Shown here: in pieces, positions 7,640 to 18,705 of the stretch
Position numbering within the stretch: the first letter of the stretch is position 1
Layout of the letters: each line of letters begins with the position of its first letter
Source of the DNA: Deltaproteobacteria bacterium
GTDB lineage: Bacteria; Desulfobacterota; Binatia; UBA9968
Reading direction: 5' to 3'
Assembly: GCA_023250495.1 (NCBI GenBank)
Contig: JAHFAP010000009.1
Coordinates: forward strand, 1 to 35,107
Length of the DNA stretch: 35,107 bases
The notes under the pieces: generated by a model
Told to the model about the DNA's origin: nothing
The model's database searches: none
Seen by the model: only the letters and a program-made list of their open reading frames with translations
Translations under genes and position numbers: made by a program

Positions 7640-10236
7640 CCCTCCAACACAATGTTTACCAGCCGGCGCGGAACCTGTATCACCTTCTGGATTTCTTTAC
7701 CCGTGAGGAATCTCCTGACCTTGGGGTCGGCCAGAGCCTCTTCCTCAATAAACTCGCCGCTTGCGTCCGCAGGCACGGTAATCTTACCCCTGACTCTACC
7801 GTCAACCTGCACGACGATCAACAGTTTTTCTTCCTCCATGGCTTCTTTAGAATAGGCAGGCCACGGAACTCCTTCTAACGCCGTTTGTTGGCCAAGACAT
7901 TCCCAAAGCTCGCTCGCCACATGAGGCACGAAGGGGCAAAGCAGCACGATCATAGCTTCCAATGCTCCCTTGATCACGCGAATCTCTCCGTCCGACTCCG
8001 ATCCATCCTTTGCACAGGAGCTGACAGCGTTAAACAGCTCCATGATCGCAGCGATTGCCGTGTTGAAATGAAATCGCGTTTCGATGTCTTCCGTAACTTT
8101 CTTAATGGTTCGATGAGTCAGGCGACGCAAGTTCCTAAGATCGGCGGAAAGCTCCATTTGGGAAAGATCAGATGTCGCGGCGGCCAAGATCTCCCTATGC
8201 TGGATAACAAAACGCCACAGTCGAGTAAGAAAACGGTAAGCCCCCTCGACCCCCTGGGCGCTCCATTCGAGGTCTTTCTCCGGGGGGGCGGCAAAGAGCG
8301 TAAAGAGCCGCGCGGTATCCGCGCCGTAAGCGGCTATCAACTCTTCGGGGTCCACAACGTTGTTCCTGGACTTGGACATCTTTTCCACGCGGCCCTTTTC
8401 GACCGGCCTGTTGCAGCGGGGACAACGCCACCCTTCTCTCTCGGAGCCAGCCAGCTCTCCCGGAAAGAGCCAGTCGTGCTGCTCGCATCGGTAGGTCTCC
8501 TTGCAGACCATGCCCTGCGTGAGCAGGTTCGTGAAAGGCTCGTCAACTTTCGCAAGCCCTAAATCCCTCAGGGCCTTTGTGAAAAAGCGGGCATAGAGCA
8601 GATGGAGCACCGCATGCTCGACTCCGCCGATGTACTGGTCCACGGGCATCCAATAGTTCGCCTTCATGGAGTCGAATGGAGCTGAGTCGAATTTGGCTGA
8701 AACGTATCTGAGGAAGTACCAGGAGGAGTCAACGAAGGTATCCATCGTGTCGGTTTCGCGACGAGCCACGCCCCTACATTTTGGACAGCTCACCTCCAAA
8801 AAGGGCCTGTTCTCCAGCAGGGGTGATCCTCCTTTGCCTGTGAACGGGACATTGCGCGGAAGTGTCACTGGAAGGTCATTCTCAGGCACCGGAACGATCC
8901 CGCACTTATCACAATAGATGATCGGGATAGGAGTGCCCCAGTAGCGCTGCCTGGAGATGCCCCAGTCGCGTAGGCGATAGCGGATATCCTGTTTACCCCA
9001 ACCTTTTTCTTCGAGGAAAAGCGCAACCTTTACTCTACCTTCATCACTTGGAAGCCCGGAGAAGGGACCGCTGCCGATCATGATCCCTTCATCCACATAG
9101 GCCTCAGTCATCTCCCCTGGTTTGAGCAAAGCGTCTTTAGGTTGGATCACGACTCGAATGGGAAGGCGATACATCTTGGCGAACTCAAAGTCTCTTTGGT
9201 CATGAGCCGGCACCGCCATAACCGCGCCGGTCCCGTATTCCATGAGAACAAAGTTGGCGAGATAGATCGGGATCTTCTCTCCGGTAAACGGATTCTCGCA
9301 ATATGATCCGGTGAAGACACCTTCCTTCTCGCCCTCCTCCTCTCCTCTGCGCGCCTGGTTGACCTCTCTAATTCGCTCCACGAATTCCTTGACCGTCTTC
9401 TCCTGGGAAGTCCCCCGGCAAAGCTCTAGCGCCAAAGGATGCTCGGCCGCCAGCGAAAGGAATGTCGCTCCATAAACCGTGTCCTGGCGGGTGGTAAAAA
9501 CGCGCAGCGCCCCCTCTCGGTCCACAAGGGGAAAAAGGATTTCAGCGCCGATCGATTTTCCGATCCAGTTGCGCTGCATCGTGAGGACTTTGTCAGGCCA
9601 TCCTTCGAGCCGATCAAGATCCTGCAGCAACTCATCGGCGTAGGCCGTAATCCGAAAAAACCACTGCTCCAGCTCCTTTTGCATCACGGGCGTTTCGCAT
9701 CGCCAGCAGACGCCCTCGATCACCTGCTCGTTGGCCAAGACAGTTTTACAAGAGGGACACCAATTCACCGAGGAGCTTTTTTTGTAGGCGAGCGCGCGCT
9801 TATACAACTGCAAAAAAATCCATTGGTTCCACCGGTAGTATTCCGGCTCGCAGGTCGCCAGCTCGCGCTCCCAGTCGTAGGAAAGACCCATCCGTTTTAG
9901 CTGGGTTTTCATGTAGAGTATATTCTCTTGGGTCCAGCTTTCCGGGTGAACCCCTCTTTCGATCGCGGCGTTTTCAGCCGGAAGACCAAAGGCATCCCAC
10001 CCCATCGGATGAAGCACATTGTAGCCTCTCATCCTTTTGTATCGCGCGACCACATCGCCGATCGAGTAGTTGCGCACGTGGCCCATGTGGATCCTGCCTG
10101 AGGGATAGGGGAACATCTCCAGGACATAGTACTTGGGCCGGGAAGAATCCTCCGCGATGCGGAAGCTCTTTTGCTCCTCCCAGATCCTTTGCCACTTTTC
10201 CTCAATCTCTTGAGGATGATATCTTTCTTCCACCAC
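7636..10236 (-). CDS. leuS: Leucine--tRNA ligase
   Basis: 866 aa with the HIGH-type motif [16 protein letters not shown] ([10 protein letters not shown]) and CP1 editing-domain spacing. Confidence 0.97.
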   Translation of the reverse strand: MVEERYHPQEIEEKWQRIWEEQKSFRIAEDSSRPKYYVLEMFPYPSGRIHMGHVRNYSIGDVVARYKRMRGYNVLHPMGWDAFGLPAENAAIERGVHPESWTQENILYMKTQLKRMGLSYDWERELATCEPEYYRWNQWIFLQLYKRALAYKKSSSVNWCPSCKTVLANEQVIEGVCWRCETPVMQKELEQWFFRITAYADELLQDLDRLEGWPDKVLTMQRNWIGKSIGAEILFPLVDREGALRVFTTRQDTVYGATFLSLAAEHPLALELCRGTSQEKTVKEFVERIREVNQARRGEEEGEKEGVFTGSYCENPFTGEKIPIYLANFVLMEYGTGAVMAVPAHDQRDFEFAKMYRLPIRVVIQPKDALLKPGEMTEAYVDEGIMIGSGPFSGLPSDEGRVKVALFLEEKGWGKQDIRYRLRDWGISRQRYWGTPIPIIYCDKCGIVPVPENDLPVTLPRNVPFTGKGGSPLLENRPFLEVSCPKCRGVARRETDTMDTFVDSSWYFLRYVSAKFDSAPFDSMKANYWMPVDQYIGGVEHAVLHLLYARFFTKALRDLGLAKVDEPFTNLLTQGMVCKETYRCEQHDWLFPGELAGSEREGWRCPRCNRPVEKGRVEKMSKSRNNVVDPEELIAAYGADTARLFTLFAAPPEKDLEWSAQGVEGAYRFLTRLWRFVIQHREILAAATSDLSQMELSADLRNLRRLTHRTIKKVTEDIETRFHFNTAIAAIMELFNAVSSCAKDGSESDGEIRVIKGALEAMIVLLCPFVPHVASELWECLGQQTALEGVPWPAYSKEAMEEEKLLIVVQVDGRVRGKITVPADASGEFIEEEALADPKVRRFLTGKEIQKVIQVPRRLVNIVLEG

Positions 10237-10248
10237 TCGATCCCTGAA

Positions 10249-10659
10249 CTATTTCATGCCGCTTGCAAGGGCCACTTGATCCAAGACTCCGTTGATGAAG
10301 GTGGGGGAGTCGGCCGATCCGTAACGCTTGCCGATTTCGATAGCCTCGTCCAGGCTCACGTTCATCGGTATGTCCGGGCAAAAGAGCAGCTCATAAGTAG
10401 CCATCCGCAGGATCATAAGATCCACCTTGGCCATCCTGTTGAGCTTCCAATTTTCCGCGGAGCGGTCGATGATTCGATCAATCTCCTCCTTATTTGTGGC
10501 CACCCCGGATATGAGGCGCCGGGCGAAATCCTTCGCCTTGCCATTTCCCTCGAAATGGCTCAAAAAAGACTCCAGCACCTCGGCCGACGTATCTCCGGTG
10601 ATCTCCATTTGATAGAGCGCCTGTAGAGCCAGCTCCCTGCCTTTCCGTCTGATCCCCAT
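10249..10659 (-). CDS. nusB: Transcription antitermination factor NusB
   Basis: 136 aa. RRKGRELALQALYQME...NRMAKVDLMILRMATYELLF is typical of NusB, and it sits downstream of the rib genes as in many bacteria. Confidence 0.92.
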   Translation of the reverse strand: MGIRRKGRELALQALYQMEITGDTSAEVLESFLSHFEGNGKAKDFARRLISGVATNKEEIDRIIDRSAENWKLNRMAKVDLMILRMATYELLFCPDIPMNVSLDEAIEIGKRYGSADSPTFINGVLDQVALASGMK

Positions 10660-10670
10660 GAAAAGAACCT

Positions 10671-10746
10671 AGCTATCAGCCTTCAGCAGTCAGCTTTTAG
10701 CTTAGAACTGGTTCGGCTGATGGCTGATCGCTGAGAGCTCAAAGCT
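10671..10746. repeat. GCTGA-family heptamer-phased inverted array (nusB/ribH junction)
   Basis: The left arm is agct atcagcc ttcagca gtcagct tttagct, followed by a spacer of about 11 nt. The right arm is ggctgat ggctgat cgctgag agctcaa agct. The 12-mer GCTGATCGCTGA lies at 10723-10734. Confidence 0.85.
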
Positions 10747-10750
10747 TGTC

Positions 10751-11218
10751 TTACGGGATTGCCCGATTCAGGCTAGCCATCTCAATGGCCGTGAGCGCCG
10801 CCTCGAATCCTTTGTTTTCGGTCTTGGCGCCGGCCCGCTCTATTGCCTGCTCCACGTTGTTGGTCGTTAACACGCCGAAGGAGACGGGGAGGCGATGTTC
10901 CAAGATGACCCCGCCAATCCCCCTGGCCACAGCTTCGGCAATATATTCGAAATGAGGAGTGTCGCCGCGAATCACGGCACCGAGACAGATCAGGGCATCG
11001 TACTTTCCGCTGGAGGCCAGCTTCTTGGCCAGGAGAGGGATCTCAAAAGCCCCCGGCACACGAACAATGTCGATGTCCTTCTCCTCCCCTCCGTGCGCTT
11101 TCAACGCCTCCATCGCCCCCTCTAGCAGTCTCTCGGTGACAAAGCCGTTGAAGCGGCTCACAATGATTCCAAATCTGATACCCCGGGCATCGAGCTGGCC
11201 CTCAACCACCTTAACCAT
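10751..11218 (-). CDS. ribH: 6,7-dimethyl-8-ribityllumazine synthase
   Basis: 155 aa. [10 protein letters not shown]...[10 protein letters not shown]...[14 protein letters not shown] are lumazine synthase signatures. Confidence 0.95.
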   Translation of the reverse strand: MVKVVEGQLDARGIRFGIIVSRFNGFVTERLLEGAMEALKAHGGEEKDIDIVRVPGAFEIPLLAKKLASSGKYDALICLGAVIRGDTPHFEYIAEAVARGIGGVILEHRLPVSFGVLTTNNVEQAIERAGAKTENKGFEAALTAIEMASLNRAIP

Positions 11219-11234
11219 GAGCGTCTTTCGGCTC

Positions 11235-12458
11235 TTATTTCCCCGGCTTGGCCTCTAGCTTAGAAAAGAGGTGCCCCAGCTTTTGCTGCTTGGTGCGCAG
11301 GTAATCGATGTTGGATGCGTGTGGTGGAACTTCGAGCGGGACCCTTTCCACGACAGTCAGCCCGTACCCCTCAAGTCCGATGATCTTGCGCGGATTATTG
11401 GTCAGCAGCCGCAGCTTCTGAACGCCCAAATCGCGCAAAATCTGCGCCCCGATCCCGTAGTCTCTCAGGTCCTCCTTAAAGCCCAGTTCGAGATTCGCCT
11501 GCACCGTGTCCATCCCCTGATCCTGGAGGGCGTAGGCCCTGATCTTGTTGGTCAGCCCTATGCCCCTTCCCTCTTGGTGCATGTAGACAAGCACTCCTTT
11601 TCCTTCCTCGTCGATCATCCTGAGCGATTGACGAATCTGGTCCCCGCAGTCGCATCGCTCCGAACCGAAGACGTCGCCCGTCAGACACTCCGAGTGCATG
11701 CGCACCAGCGCGCTGTCGCCCTTGCGGATCCCGTTCTTCACCAGGGCCATATGCTCGTGGGAGTCAACGTTGTTGCGGTAGACAATCGCTCTATAGGTGC
11801 CGCCATGGATCGTGGGAAAATCGGCCTCGGCGACCCGCTTCACCAGACACTCGCCACGCAGGCGATAGGCAATCAGGTCAGCGATCGAGGCTAGCTTCAA
11901 TCCGTGCCGGACAGCCAGGGTCTCGAGGTAGGGCATGAGAGCTACGCGGCCATCGTCCTGCAGGACCTGGCAAATGACACCCGCGGGCTGCAAGCCGGCC
12001 AGCCGGGCCAGATCCACCGACGCCTCAACCTGCGCAGAGCGAACCAAGACCCCGCCGTTCCGCGCCTGAACGGGGAAGATACAGCCTGGAACTACGAGGT
12101 CACTGCGCTTGGTCTCTTCAGCGACCGCTGCCTTGATCGTGCGCGCCCGACTTGCCGCGGAAGCCCCTGAGCTGGCATCGGCGCGCAGCGAAATGGAGGC
12201 GCCCAAGGAGCCCCCGAGCTGAGAGCTGCTCTCCTGGACCATCAACGGGATCCCCAAGTGCCTCATTCTCTCTTCCGTCAGGGTCAGGCAGATCAGCCCA
12301 CGACCGTAAAGCAGCATAGAGTTCACAGCTTCGGGAGTGATCTTTTCAGCACAGGCGCAAAGGAAACCCTCGCTCTCGGCCCCCTCATCGTCAACCAGGA
12401 TGACTATGCGACCGTCACGGATTTCCTCTACGATTTCTTCGATGCTGGAGACTGGCAT
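11235..12458 (-). CDS. ribBA: Bifunctional 3,4-dihydroxy-2-butanone-4-phosphate synthase / GTP cyclohydrolase II
   Basis: 407 aa. The N-half is DHBPS-like ([14 protein letters not shown]). The C-half is GCH-II-like ([33 protein letters not shown]). Confidence 0.95.
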   Translation of the reverse strand: MPVSSIEEIVEEIRDGRIVILVDDEGAESEGFLCACAEKITPEAVNSMLLYGRGLICLTLTEERMRHLGIPLMVQESSSQLGGSLGASISLRADASSGASAASRARTIKAAVAEETKRSDLVVPGCIFPVQARNGGVLVRSAQVEASVDLARLAGLQPAGVICQVLQDDGRVALMPYLETLAVRHGLKLASIADLIAYRLRGECLVKRVAEADFPTIHGGTYRAIVYRNNVDSHEHMALVKNGIRKGDSALVRMHSECLTGDVFGSERCDCGDQIRQSLRMIDEEGKGVLVYMHQEGRGIGLTNKIRAYALQDQGMDTVQANLELGFKEDLRDYGIGAQILRDLGVQKLRLLTNNPRKIIGLEGYGLTVVERVPLEVPPHASNIDYLRTKQQKLGHLFSKLEAKPGK

Positions 12459-13048
12459 GGCTTTAGATGGAGCAGTCGCTGAACGTATTTTCCGATAAGA
12501 TCGGTCTCGATGTTGACTTTATCACCAACCCTACGACCGCGCAAATTAGTGTGCTTCAAGGTGAATGGAATCGCAGCGACTGAGAAACATCCTCCTTCGC
12601 ACTCATTTACGGTGAGACTAATGCCGTCCACCGCAACCGAACCTTTCGGAACGAGCTGGAGGTCGAGAGCCGGCGAGACCCGAAAAATGAAGAAGGTAAA
12701 TTTCCCTTTCCTCTGGACCTTCTCCGCGACTCCGACCCCGTCCACGTGACCCGTGACCAAATGGCCTCCCAGCCGATCATGCAGCCGCAGGGGGCGCTCC
12801 AGGTTGACAGGATCGCCCCGTCTGAGCTCGGAGAAATTGGTCCGCTCTAAGGTTTCAGGGGAGACATCAACCATCAGACGGCCCTGAGACTTGTCAACGA
12901 CGGTGAGACAAACGCCATTGACTGCGATGCTGGAGCCGATCTTCAGCTCTTCGAGGGGGAGCCGGGTAGCGAGGGTGAGAACACCCGAACCTCCGCGCAT
13001 CTGCCACCGATAGACCTGGCCCACGTCTTCGATGATTCCGGTAAACAT
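12428..13048 (-). CDS. ribE: Riboflavin synthase alpha chain
   Basis: 206 aa with an MFTGIIEDVG start and two lumazine-binding repeats (NGVCLTV / DGISLTV). Its 3' end overlaps the ribBA start by 31 nt. Confidence 0.93.
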   Translation of the reverse strand: MFTGIIEDVGQVYRWQMRGGSGVLTLATRLPLEELKIGSSIAVNGVCLTVVDKSQGRLMVDVSPETLERTNFSELRRGDPVNLERPLRLHDRLGGHLVTGHVDGVGVAEKVQRKGKFTFFIFRVSPALDLQLVPKGSVAVDGISLTVNECEGGCFSVAAIPFTLKHTNLRGRRVGDKVNIETDLIGKYVQRLLHLKPCQSPASKKS

Positions 13049-13079
13049 TTTGCCTTTTTACTTTTGCCTTTTTACTTTC
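13049..13079. repeat. TTTTGCC/TTTTTAC heptamer repeat filling the ribD-ribE gap
   Basis: tttgcctttttac ttttgcctttttac tttc is a 14-nt unit (two heptamers) present twice. It occupies the whole 31-nt intergenic space. Confidence 0.75.
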
Positions 13080-14174
13080 TTAAAGATACCCGGTCACGAG
13101 CAGATCCTTTCCCAACTTCTGCACCTCGATATTCTTGATTTGCCTGCTGTGGCTCATCTTTGTGACCCCAAGCGATGCAATCATACCTATTCCATCCCCG
13201 CCGATGATCTTGGGAGCATAAAAGAAACAAATCTTGTCGACAACCTGTTCTCTGAGGGCCCGGGCCGCGGTGATCGCCCCTCCTTCGACCATCGCGCTTA
13301 CTATCCCTCTCTTTCCCAACTCACTCAGAACAGACACAAACGGGATCACGCCATCGCGCAGCGGGAATCGCAAGACCTCTGCCCGAAGGCGCTCAATCGC
13401 CCTTACCTTTTTTATTGGGACGCGAGGGCCGGCGACAACAATGGTCTTCCCGGGCTCGCGCCCATGCAGCACGCGCGCCGTGAGAGGGATGCGCAGACGG
13501 CCATCCAGGACAATCCTCCACGGGTCACGTCCGCCCGGAATCCGACAGGTGAATCTCGGATTATCGGCGATCACCGTCCCTACCCCAACCAGGACGGCGT
13601 CCACCTGGTTGCGCAATTCGTGGACATATCGACGCGCTTCCGGCCCGGTAATCCATCGGGAGTCTCCGGTGGAAGTAGCGATCTTTCCGTCCAGCGACGC
13701 AGCTAGCTTGAGGATGACGAAGGGAACGCGGCGAGTGATGTATTTGCTAAAGGCCTCGTTCAGCTTGCGGCACTCCTCCTGGAGGAGGCCGACGCGGAGC
13801 TGAATTCCGGCTTGACGGAGTCTGCGGATTCCTCTGCCGGAGACAAGGGGATTGGGATCGACCATCCCCACCACTACCTTCTTTACTCCGGCCCGGATAA
13901 GGGAGAGGGTGCATGGAGGAGTTCTCCCCTGGTGATCGCAAGGCTCTAGATTAAGGTAGAGCGTGGCGCCCCGCGCTCTGTCTCCCGCGCGCTTGAGCGC
14001 GATGATCTCTCCGTGATCGCTCCCGGCCCGCCGATGGTAACCTGTGGCGATGATCCTCCGGCCGCGGACCAGGACTGCCCCAACCATAGGGTTGGGGCTT
14101 GTTCTGCCAGCGCCTTTGAGCGCAAGGCTGAGGGCCATGCGCATGTATCGCTTGTCAGCTTCATCGCCCATCAA
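13080..14174 (-). CDS. ribD: Bifunctional riboflavin biosynthesis protein RibD (pyrimidine deaminase / uracil reductase)
   Basis: 364 aa with the CMP/dCMP-type deaminase zinc motifs HGEIIAL and [12 protein letters not shown], followed by a reductase domain ([17 protein letters not shown]). Confidence 0.95.
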   Translation of the reverse strand: MMGDEADKRYMRMALSLALKGAGRTSPNPMVGAVLVRGRRIIATGYHRRAGSDHGEIIALKRAGDRARGATLYLNLEPCDHQGRTPPCTLSLIRAGVKKVVVGMVDPNPLVSGRGIRRLRQAGIQLRVGLLQEECRKLNEAFSKYITRRVPFVILKLAASLDGKIATSTGDSRWITGPEARRYVHELRNQVDAVLVGVGTVIADNPRFTCRIPGGRDPWRIVLDGRLRIPLTARVLHGREPGKTIVVAGPRVPIKKVRAIERLRAEVLRFPLRDGVIPFVSVLSELGKRGIVSAMVEGGAITAARALREQVVDKICFFYAPKIIGGDGIGMIASLGVTKMSHSRQIKNIEVQKLGKDLLVTGYL

Positions 14175-14689
14175 GACGAGCGGGTCTCCTGCCCCTTTTT
14201 CTGCTTCTGGCCCGCTTGCCTGGCTGATTGGCCTTTGCGCTCCTTCAGCAGCTCCTCGAGTTCGACCATGAACTCGTTGATATCCTTAAATGAGCGATAG
14301 ACCGAGGCGAAGCGGACGTAGGCGACCTGATCGATATCGTGCAGCTCCTTCATGGCGGCTTCACCGATCACCGAACTCGGAATCTCTTTCTCCCCCCGTT
14401 CCTGCAATCCTCGCTCGATCCGGTCGGCGGTCGCCTCGATGGTATTGATGCTCACCGGCCTCTTTTCGCACGCGCGCTTGAGCCCGTTGACGACCTTGAG
14501 CCGATCGTAGCTCTCGCGGCGCCCATCCTTCTTGATCACCAGGGGCATGCTCTCCTCGACGCGCTCATAAGTGGTAAAGCGCCGGACGCACTTGAGACAC
14601 TCGCGCCGGCGCCGGACCATGTTGCCGTCCTTGCTCAGGCGGGAGTCGATGACCTTATTATCGGTCTCGTGACAGAAAGGGCACTTCAT
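14171..14689 (-). CDS. nrdR: Transcriptional repressor NrdR
   Basis: [19 protein letters not shown]...[15 protein letters not shown] is the zinc ribbon, followed by an ATP-cone. There is a 4-nt overlap with the ribD start. Confidence 0.95.
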   Translation of the reverse strand: MKCPFCHETDNKVIDSRLSKDGNMVRRRRECLKCVRRFTTYERVEESMPLVIKKDGRRESYDRLKVVNGLKRACEKRPVSINTIEATADRIERGLQERGEKEIPSSVIGEAAMKELHDIDQVAYVRFASVYRSFKDINEFMVELEELLKERKGQSARQAGQKQKKGQETRSS

Positions 14690-14696
14690 TATGAAG

Positions 14697-14784
14697 CCTT
14701 CAGGTGTCAGCCATCAGCTTTCAGCCCGGAAATTCTGCGCTCCGTTCCCGATTGAGCTGAGCGCTGATCGCTGAACGCTGACAG
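14697..14784. repeat. GCTGA-family heptamer-phased inverted array (nrdR/glyA junction)
   Basis: The left arm is cttcagg tgtcagc catcagc tttcagc, followed by a ~25-nt spacer. The right arm is gagctga gcgctga tcgctga acgctga cagc. The 12-mer lies at 14763-14774. Confidence 0.85.
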
Positions 14785-16035
14785 CTACTTCCCCAGCCGG
14801 TTGGGATAAACGGGAAACTTTCGGCACAGCTCGCGGACATCGTCGGCAACCGACTTGAGAACCGCGTCGTTCCCCACGTGATTTAAGGCGCGAGAGATAA
14901 ACCCACCGACGGCCGCCATCTCTCTTTCCTTCATCCCGCGCGTCGTCACGGCCGGGGTGCCGATGCGGACTCCACTGGTCACGAACGGCGAGCGGCTCTC
15001 AAAAGGAACGGTATTCCTGTTCACGGTGATGCGCGCCTTATCCAGAGTCTCCTGGGCCACTTTGCCGGTCAACTCCGACTGGCGCAGGTCCACCAGCATC
15101 AAATGATTGTCGGTCCCGCCCGAAATCAGCTTGAACCCTTTCTCCATCAGCGCCCCGGCCAGCGCCTTGGCGTTGCGCACGATCTGCTCCTGATAGACTT
15201 TGAACTCGGGTGCCAGGGCTTCCTTGAACGCCACCGCCTTCGCCGCGATCACGTGCATGAGCGGGCCTCCCTGGTTGCCGGGGAAGACCGACGAGTTGAG
15301 GCTCTTCGCGTAGGCCTCGCGGCACATGATCATGCCGCCGCGCGGACCGCGCAGCGTCTTGTGCGTCGTCGTGGTGACGAATTCGGCGTGCGGAATCGGC
15401 GACGGGTGAATGCCCGCCGCGACCAGGCCGGCGAAGTGGGCGATGTCCGCCATGACCACGGCGCCAATCTCGTCGGCGACGCGGCGGAACGGCACGAAGT
15501 CGATTGCGCGCGGGTAGGCGCTGTAGCCGACGACGATCATCTTTGGCCGATGCTGCCGCGCCAGCGCCGCCATGGCGTCGTAGTCGATGCGCTCGTCGGA
15601 CCGGCGCACGCCGTAGGGGACGACCTTGAAGAACTTGCCGGAGAAGTTCACCGGGCTGCCGTGCGTGAGATGGCCGCCGTGGGTCAGGTCCATGCTCAGG
15701 ATCGTGTCGCCCGGTTCGAGCTGCGAGAAGTAGACGGCCATGTTGGCCTGCGACCCGGAATGAGGCTGAACGTTGACGTGATCGGCGCCAAACAGCTGCT
15801 TGGCCCGAGCGATCGCAAGCTCCTCGACGATGTCGACAAACTCGCAGCCTCCATAATAGCGCCGCCCCGGGTATCCTTCGGCATACTTATTGGTCATGAC
15901 CGAGCCCTGAGTCTCCAACACCGCCTCACTCACCGCGTTCTCCGACGCGATGAGCTCCAGGTTGTCCTCGAGCCTAGCGGTCTCATTCTGGATCGCCGCA
16001 AATACATCCGGGTCTGCCTGCCGCAAGAAAGACAT
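14785..16035 (-). CDS. glyA: Serine hydroxymethyltransferase
   Basis: The start is ATG at 16035 ([15 protein letters not shown]), and the PLP-lysine motif [13 protein letters not shown] is present. The 60-codon upstream extension in the ORF track overlaps rpiB and is not supported. Confidence 0.95.
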   Translation of the reverse strand: MSFLRQADPDVFAAIQNETARLEDNLELIASENAVSEAVLETQGSVMTNKYAEGYPGRRYYGGCEFVDIVEELAIARAKQLFGADHVNVQPHSGSQANMAVYFSQLEPGDTILSMDLTHGGHLTHGSPVNFSGKFFKVVPYGVRRSDERIDYDAMAALARQHRPKMIVVGYSAYPRAIDFVPFRRVADEIGAVVMADIAHFAGLVAAGIHPSPIPHAEFVTTTTHKTLRGPRGGMIMCREAYAKSLNSSVFPGNQGGPLMHVIAAKAVAFKEALAPEFKVYQEQIVRNAKALAGALMEKGFKLISGGTDNHLMLVDLRQSELTGKVAQETLDKARITVNRNTVPFESRSPFVTSGVRIGTPAVTTRGMKEREMAAVGGFISRALNHVGNDAVLKSVADDVRELCRKFPVYPNRLGK

Positions 16036-16057
16036 TTCGCCGAGTTTCCCGCCTTCG

Positions 16058-16528
16058 CTAGTTTTTATCTTTGCTCGCAATGTGTGTTCCGAGATCGCGC
16101 TCGACCTCGGTAATCTTATCGATACGCCGCTGATGCCGCCCGCCAGCGAACGGCGTCTCCAGCCACACCTCCAGGATCTGTTCCGCCAGAGACTTATCCA
16201 CCCAGCCACCCCCAAGAACCAGGATATTCGAGTCGTTGTGCTCGCGGCTCATCTTTGCCGCCTTGAGATCGTAGACCAATGCCGCTCGAACACCGGGAAA
16301 CTTATTCGCCAGGATCGACATGCCGATCCCGTTCGTGCACATCAGGATCCCGCGCTCGGCCTCCCCCGTTGCCACTTTGAGGGCGACCAGCCGGCCGAAA
16401 TCAGGATAATCCACCGAGTCGTTCCCTTTGGTTCCGAGATCTTCCACCTGGACGCCCTGGGAACGAAGTTTCTCGGCTAAAAAGTCCTTCAGCTCGACTC
16501 CGCCGTGGTCGCTGCCGATAGCAATCAT
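16058..16528 (-). CDS. rpiB: Ribose-5-phosphate isomerase B
   Basis: 156 aa. [14 protein letters not shown]...[16 protein letters not shown]...[12 protein letters not shown] is the RpiB/LacAB signature. Confidence 0.92.
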   Translation of the reverse strand: MIAIGSDHGGVELKDFLAEKLRSQGVQVEDLGTKGNDSVDYPDFGRLVALKVATGEAERGILMCTNGIGMSILANKFPGVRAALVYDLKAAKMSREHNDSNILVLGGGWVDKSLAEQILEVWLETPFAGGRHQRRIDKITEVERDLGTHIASKDKN

Positions 16529-16540
16529 GATAAAACGCTT

Positions 16541-16600
16541 GCTTTCAGCTCTCAGCCGTCAGCAGCCAGCAAGAAGCTGAAAGCTGATCGCTGATGGCTG
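16541..16600. repeat. GCTGA-family heptamer-phased inverted array (upstream of rpiB)
   Basis: gctttcagc tctcagc cgtcagc agccagc, loop aagaa, then gctgaaa gctgatc gctgatg gctg. The 12-mer lies at 16583-16594. Confidence 0.85.
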
Positions 16601-16604
16601 TATT

Positions 16605-16654
16605 TAATAAAGAAAATCGCAGGAGAATGGCTGTTCGCCACCGGAACTCCTGCG
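16605..16654 (-). terminator. Candidate rho-independent terminator downstream of acpP
   Basis: A perfect 8-bp stem forms between cgcaggag (16618-16625) and ctcctgcg (16647-16654). On the minus strand it is followed by auuuucuuuauu. The loop is large at 21 nt. Confidence 0.45.
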
Positions 16655-16749
16655 GTTGACTTTCTGGCATGGCAGGTAAGCCCCCGCGACACGGCTCCCT
16701 GGAGCGGGGCGCTTATCCTCTACTTTCTTGTCTGCTCTTGCAAAGAATA

Positions 16750-16986
16750 CTACCTGTGGCTGTCGATGTAGCTAATGACGTCCTGAACTGTCTTGATCTT
16801 CTCCGCGTCCTCGTCGGAAATCTCCATCTCATACTCTTCCTCTAGCGCCATCACCAACTCCACGATGTCCAAGGAATCGGCCCCCAGATCCTCTATAAAT
16901 GAGGCATCAGGGGTCACCTCATCCTCGCTGACACCCAGCTGCTCGCACACAATTTCCTTTACCCTGGCCTCTACAGATGATGCCAT
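16750..16986 (-). CDS. acpP: Acyl carrier protein
   Basis: 78 aa with the phosphopantetheine site [12 protein letters not shown]. Confidence 0.97.
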   Translation of the reverse strand: MASSVEARVKEIVCEQLGVSEDEVTPDASFIEDLGADSLDIVELVMALEEEYEMEISDEDAEKIKTVQDVISYIDSHR

Positions 16987-17012
16987 CGTCTCACCTCCTC
17001 TTAGCTTTTTCC

Positions 17013-17759
17013 CTACGTCATAAAGAGTCCGCCATTCACGTTGATCACCTGTCCCGTGATATAGCTGGCCCCCGGTCCCACAAGGAATGACACTGCCTCG
17101 GCCACATCCTCACAGGCTCCAAACCGACCCAAGGGTATCGAATGCAGGAACTCCTCCTTTAGTTTGCCCGGTAGCTTAGCCGTCATCTCCGTATCGATAT
17201 AGCCTGGCGCCACCGCATTCACCGTAATCCCGCGCGAGGCCAATTCCCGCGCCATCGCGCGCGTGAAGCCTATGCTGCCGGCCTTGGAGGCGGCATAGGC
17301 CGACTGTCCAACGTTCCCCACCTGGCCAACCACGGACGTCATGTTGACGATCCGGCCGTAGCGCTCCCGGATCATGCCCCGGCACACAGCCTTGGTGCAA
17401 TGGACCGTGCCTCTGAGGTTGATACCGAGCACGCGATCCCAATCCTCTGGCTTGAGCCGGACCAAAAGATTGTCTGAGGTCACGCCCGCGTTGTTGACTA
17501 GAATATCAATTTTTTTGTGTTGGTCAACGATTTTTTTAACCGCCTCGTCCACCTGGCGTTCCTCGGAAACATCAAATGGATATAACTCCCCGCTCCCCCC
17601 ATCCGCCAGGAGCTGCCTGAGCGTCGCCTCAGCAGCTGTATGATTGCCAAGGTAGTTGATCATGACCCGCGCTCCCTGACGCCCAAGCGCCAGGACCACG
17701 GCCCTGCCTATTCCCCGGCTCCCGCCAGTCACTAAAGCTAGTTGACCTTGTAAGATCAA
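17013..17759 (-). CDS. fabG: 3-oxoacyl-[ACP] reductase
   Basis: 248-aa SDR with [14 protein letters not shown] and YAASKAG, in fab-cluster context. Confidence 0.93.
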   Translation of the reverse strand: MILQGQLALVTGGSRGIGRAVVLALGRQGARVMINYLGNHTAAEATLRQLLADGGSGELYPFDVSEERQVDEAVKKIVDQHKKIDILVNNAGVTSDNLLVRLKPEDWDRVLGINLRGTVHCTKAVCRGMIRERYGRIVNMTSVVGQVGNVGQSAYAASKAGSIGFTRAMARELASRGITVNAVAPGYIDTEMTAKLPGKLKEEFLHSIPLGRFGACEDVAEAVSFLVGPGASYITGQVINVNGGLFMT

Positions 17760-17766
17760 GGGCGAT

Positions 17767-18705
17767 TCAGTTGATTTCGATCTTCTTTAGGTCCTGAGGA
17801 TTTTCGATGTTGTCCACCTTAAGCTTCGAACTGATTCTTCTAATCAGGCCGCTCAGGACCTTTCCCGGCCCGACTTCCAGGACGCTCTCACATCCCAACT
17901 CCTCCAACCGTTGAACTGATTCCTCCCAGCGGACTGGACGCACTGCCTGCTCGACCAGCAGCGATTTCACCCTGGCGCAGTCCCGATTGAGAGCGGCCTC
18001 AACATTAGTAATCACCCCGATGGAGAATGGTTTAACCTCCACGTCGGCCAGCGCCTGCTTCAGCCCCTCAGACGCGGAGAGCATCAGGGGACAGTGAAAC
18101 GGCGCGCTTACGGGGAGCTCGAACACTCTCTTCGCCCCGCGCTCGCGCGCCAAGGCCATCGCTTGAACCACGGCCGGCTTGGCGCCGGCGATGACGATCT
18201 GCCCTGCGCCATTGAAATTCGCTGGCGCAACCACCTCCCCATTACTGGCCTCTTCACACAACCGTTCAACCTCTCGGGCAGGCAGTCCAAGAATAACCGC
18301 CATCAACCCCGCCCCAGGCGGGACAGCTTCTTGCATCAACCTTCCCCGCTCCCGTACTACCTTGACAGCATCTGCAAAGGCAAGCGCCCCGACACTGACC
18401 AGCGCGCTGTACTCTCCCAGGCTGTGGCCCGCCACGCAAGATGGTTTGAGAGAAAACTCGGACTCCAGCACGCGCAGGGCGGCGATGGAAGCAGTAAGGA
18501 TCGCAGGCTGGGTGTGTTCAGTGAGTTTCAGTTCCTCTTCAGGACCGGAGAAGCAGAGGCGCCTCAGGGGTAATTGCAACGCCTCCTCCGCCTCCATGAA
18601 AATCTCCTTGGCCGCGTCGAACTGCTCACAGAAATCCTTGCCCATTCCCACATACTGGGAACCCTGACCCGGAAAAACAAAGGCGATCTTAGCCCTTTCC
18701 CCCAC
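17767..18705 (-). CDS. fabD: Malonyl-CoA:ACP transacylase
   Basis: It carries IAFVFPGQGSQ and GHSLGEYSAL. I prefer GTG at 18705 (VGERAKIAFVFPGQGSQ) over the ORF-track GTG at 18747, which overlaps plsX more deeply. The start is uncertain. Confidence 0.9.
   Translation of the reverse strand: MGERAKIAFVFPGQGSQYVGMGKDFCEQFDAAKEIFMEAEEALQLPLRRLCFSGPEEELKLTEHTQPAILTASIAALRVLESEFSLKPSCVAGHSLGEYSALVSVGALAFADAVKVVRERGRLMQEAVPPGAGLMAVILGLPAREVERLCEEASNGEVVAPANFNGAGQIVIAGAKPAVVQAMALARERGAKRVFELPVSAPFHCPLMLSASEGLKQALADVEVKPFSIGVITNVEAALNRDCARVKSLLVEQAVRPVRWEESVQRLEELGCESVLEVGPGKVLSGLIRRISSKLKVDNIENPQDLKKIEIN

Noticed and set aside
14175-14690. Expected FMN riboswitch upstream of ribD
   Set aside because: ribD overlaps nrdR by 4 nt, and the ribD-ribE and ribBA-ribH gaps are 31 nt or less, so there is no room for an aptamer. 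The rib genes appear to be transcribed with nrdR.
16036-16215. 60-codon N-terminal extension of glyA. Similar extensions affect rpsT (6573), the ABC ATPase (21690), the gldG-like gene (23217), the radical SAM gene (32593), lipoprotein A (to 21892) and lipoprotein B (to 21321)
   Set aside because: The extensions overlap upstream genes or repeats. They lack homology to the family N-termini, and better-placed internal starts with SD sequences exist.
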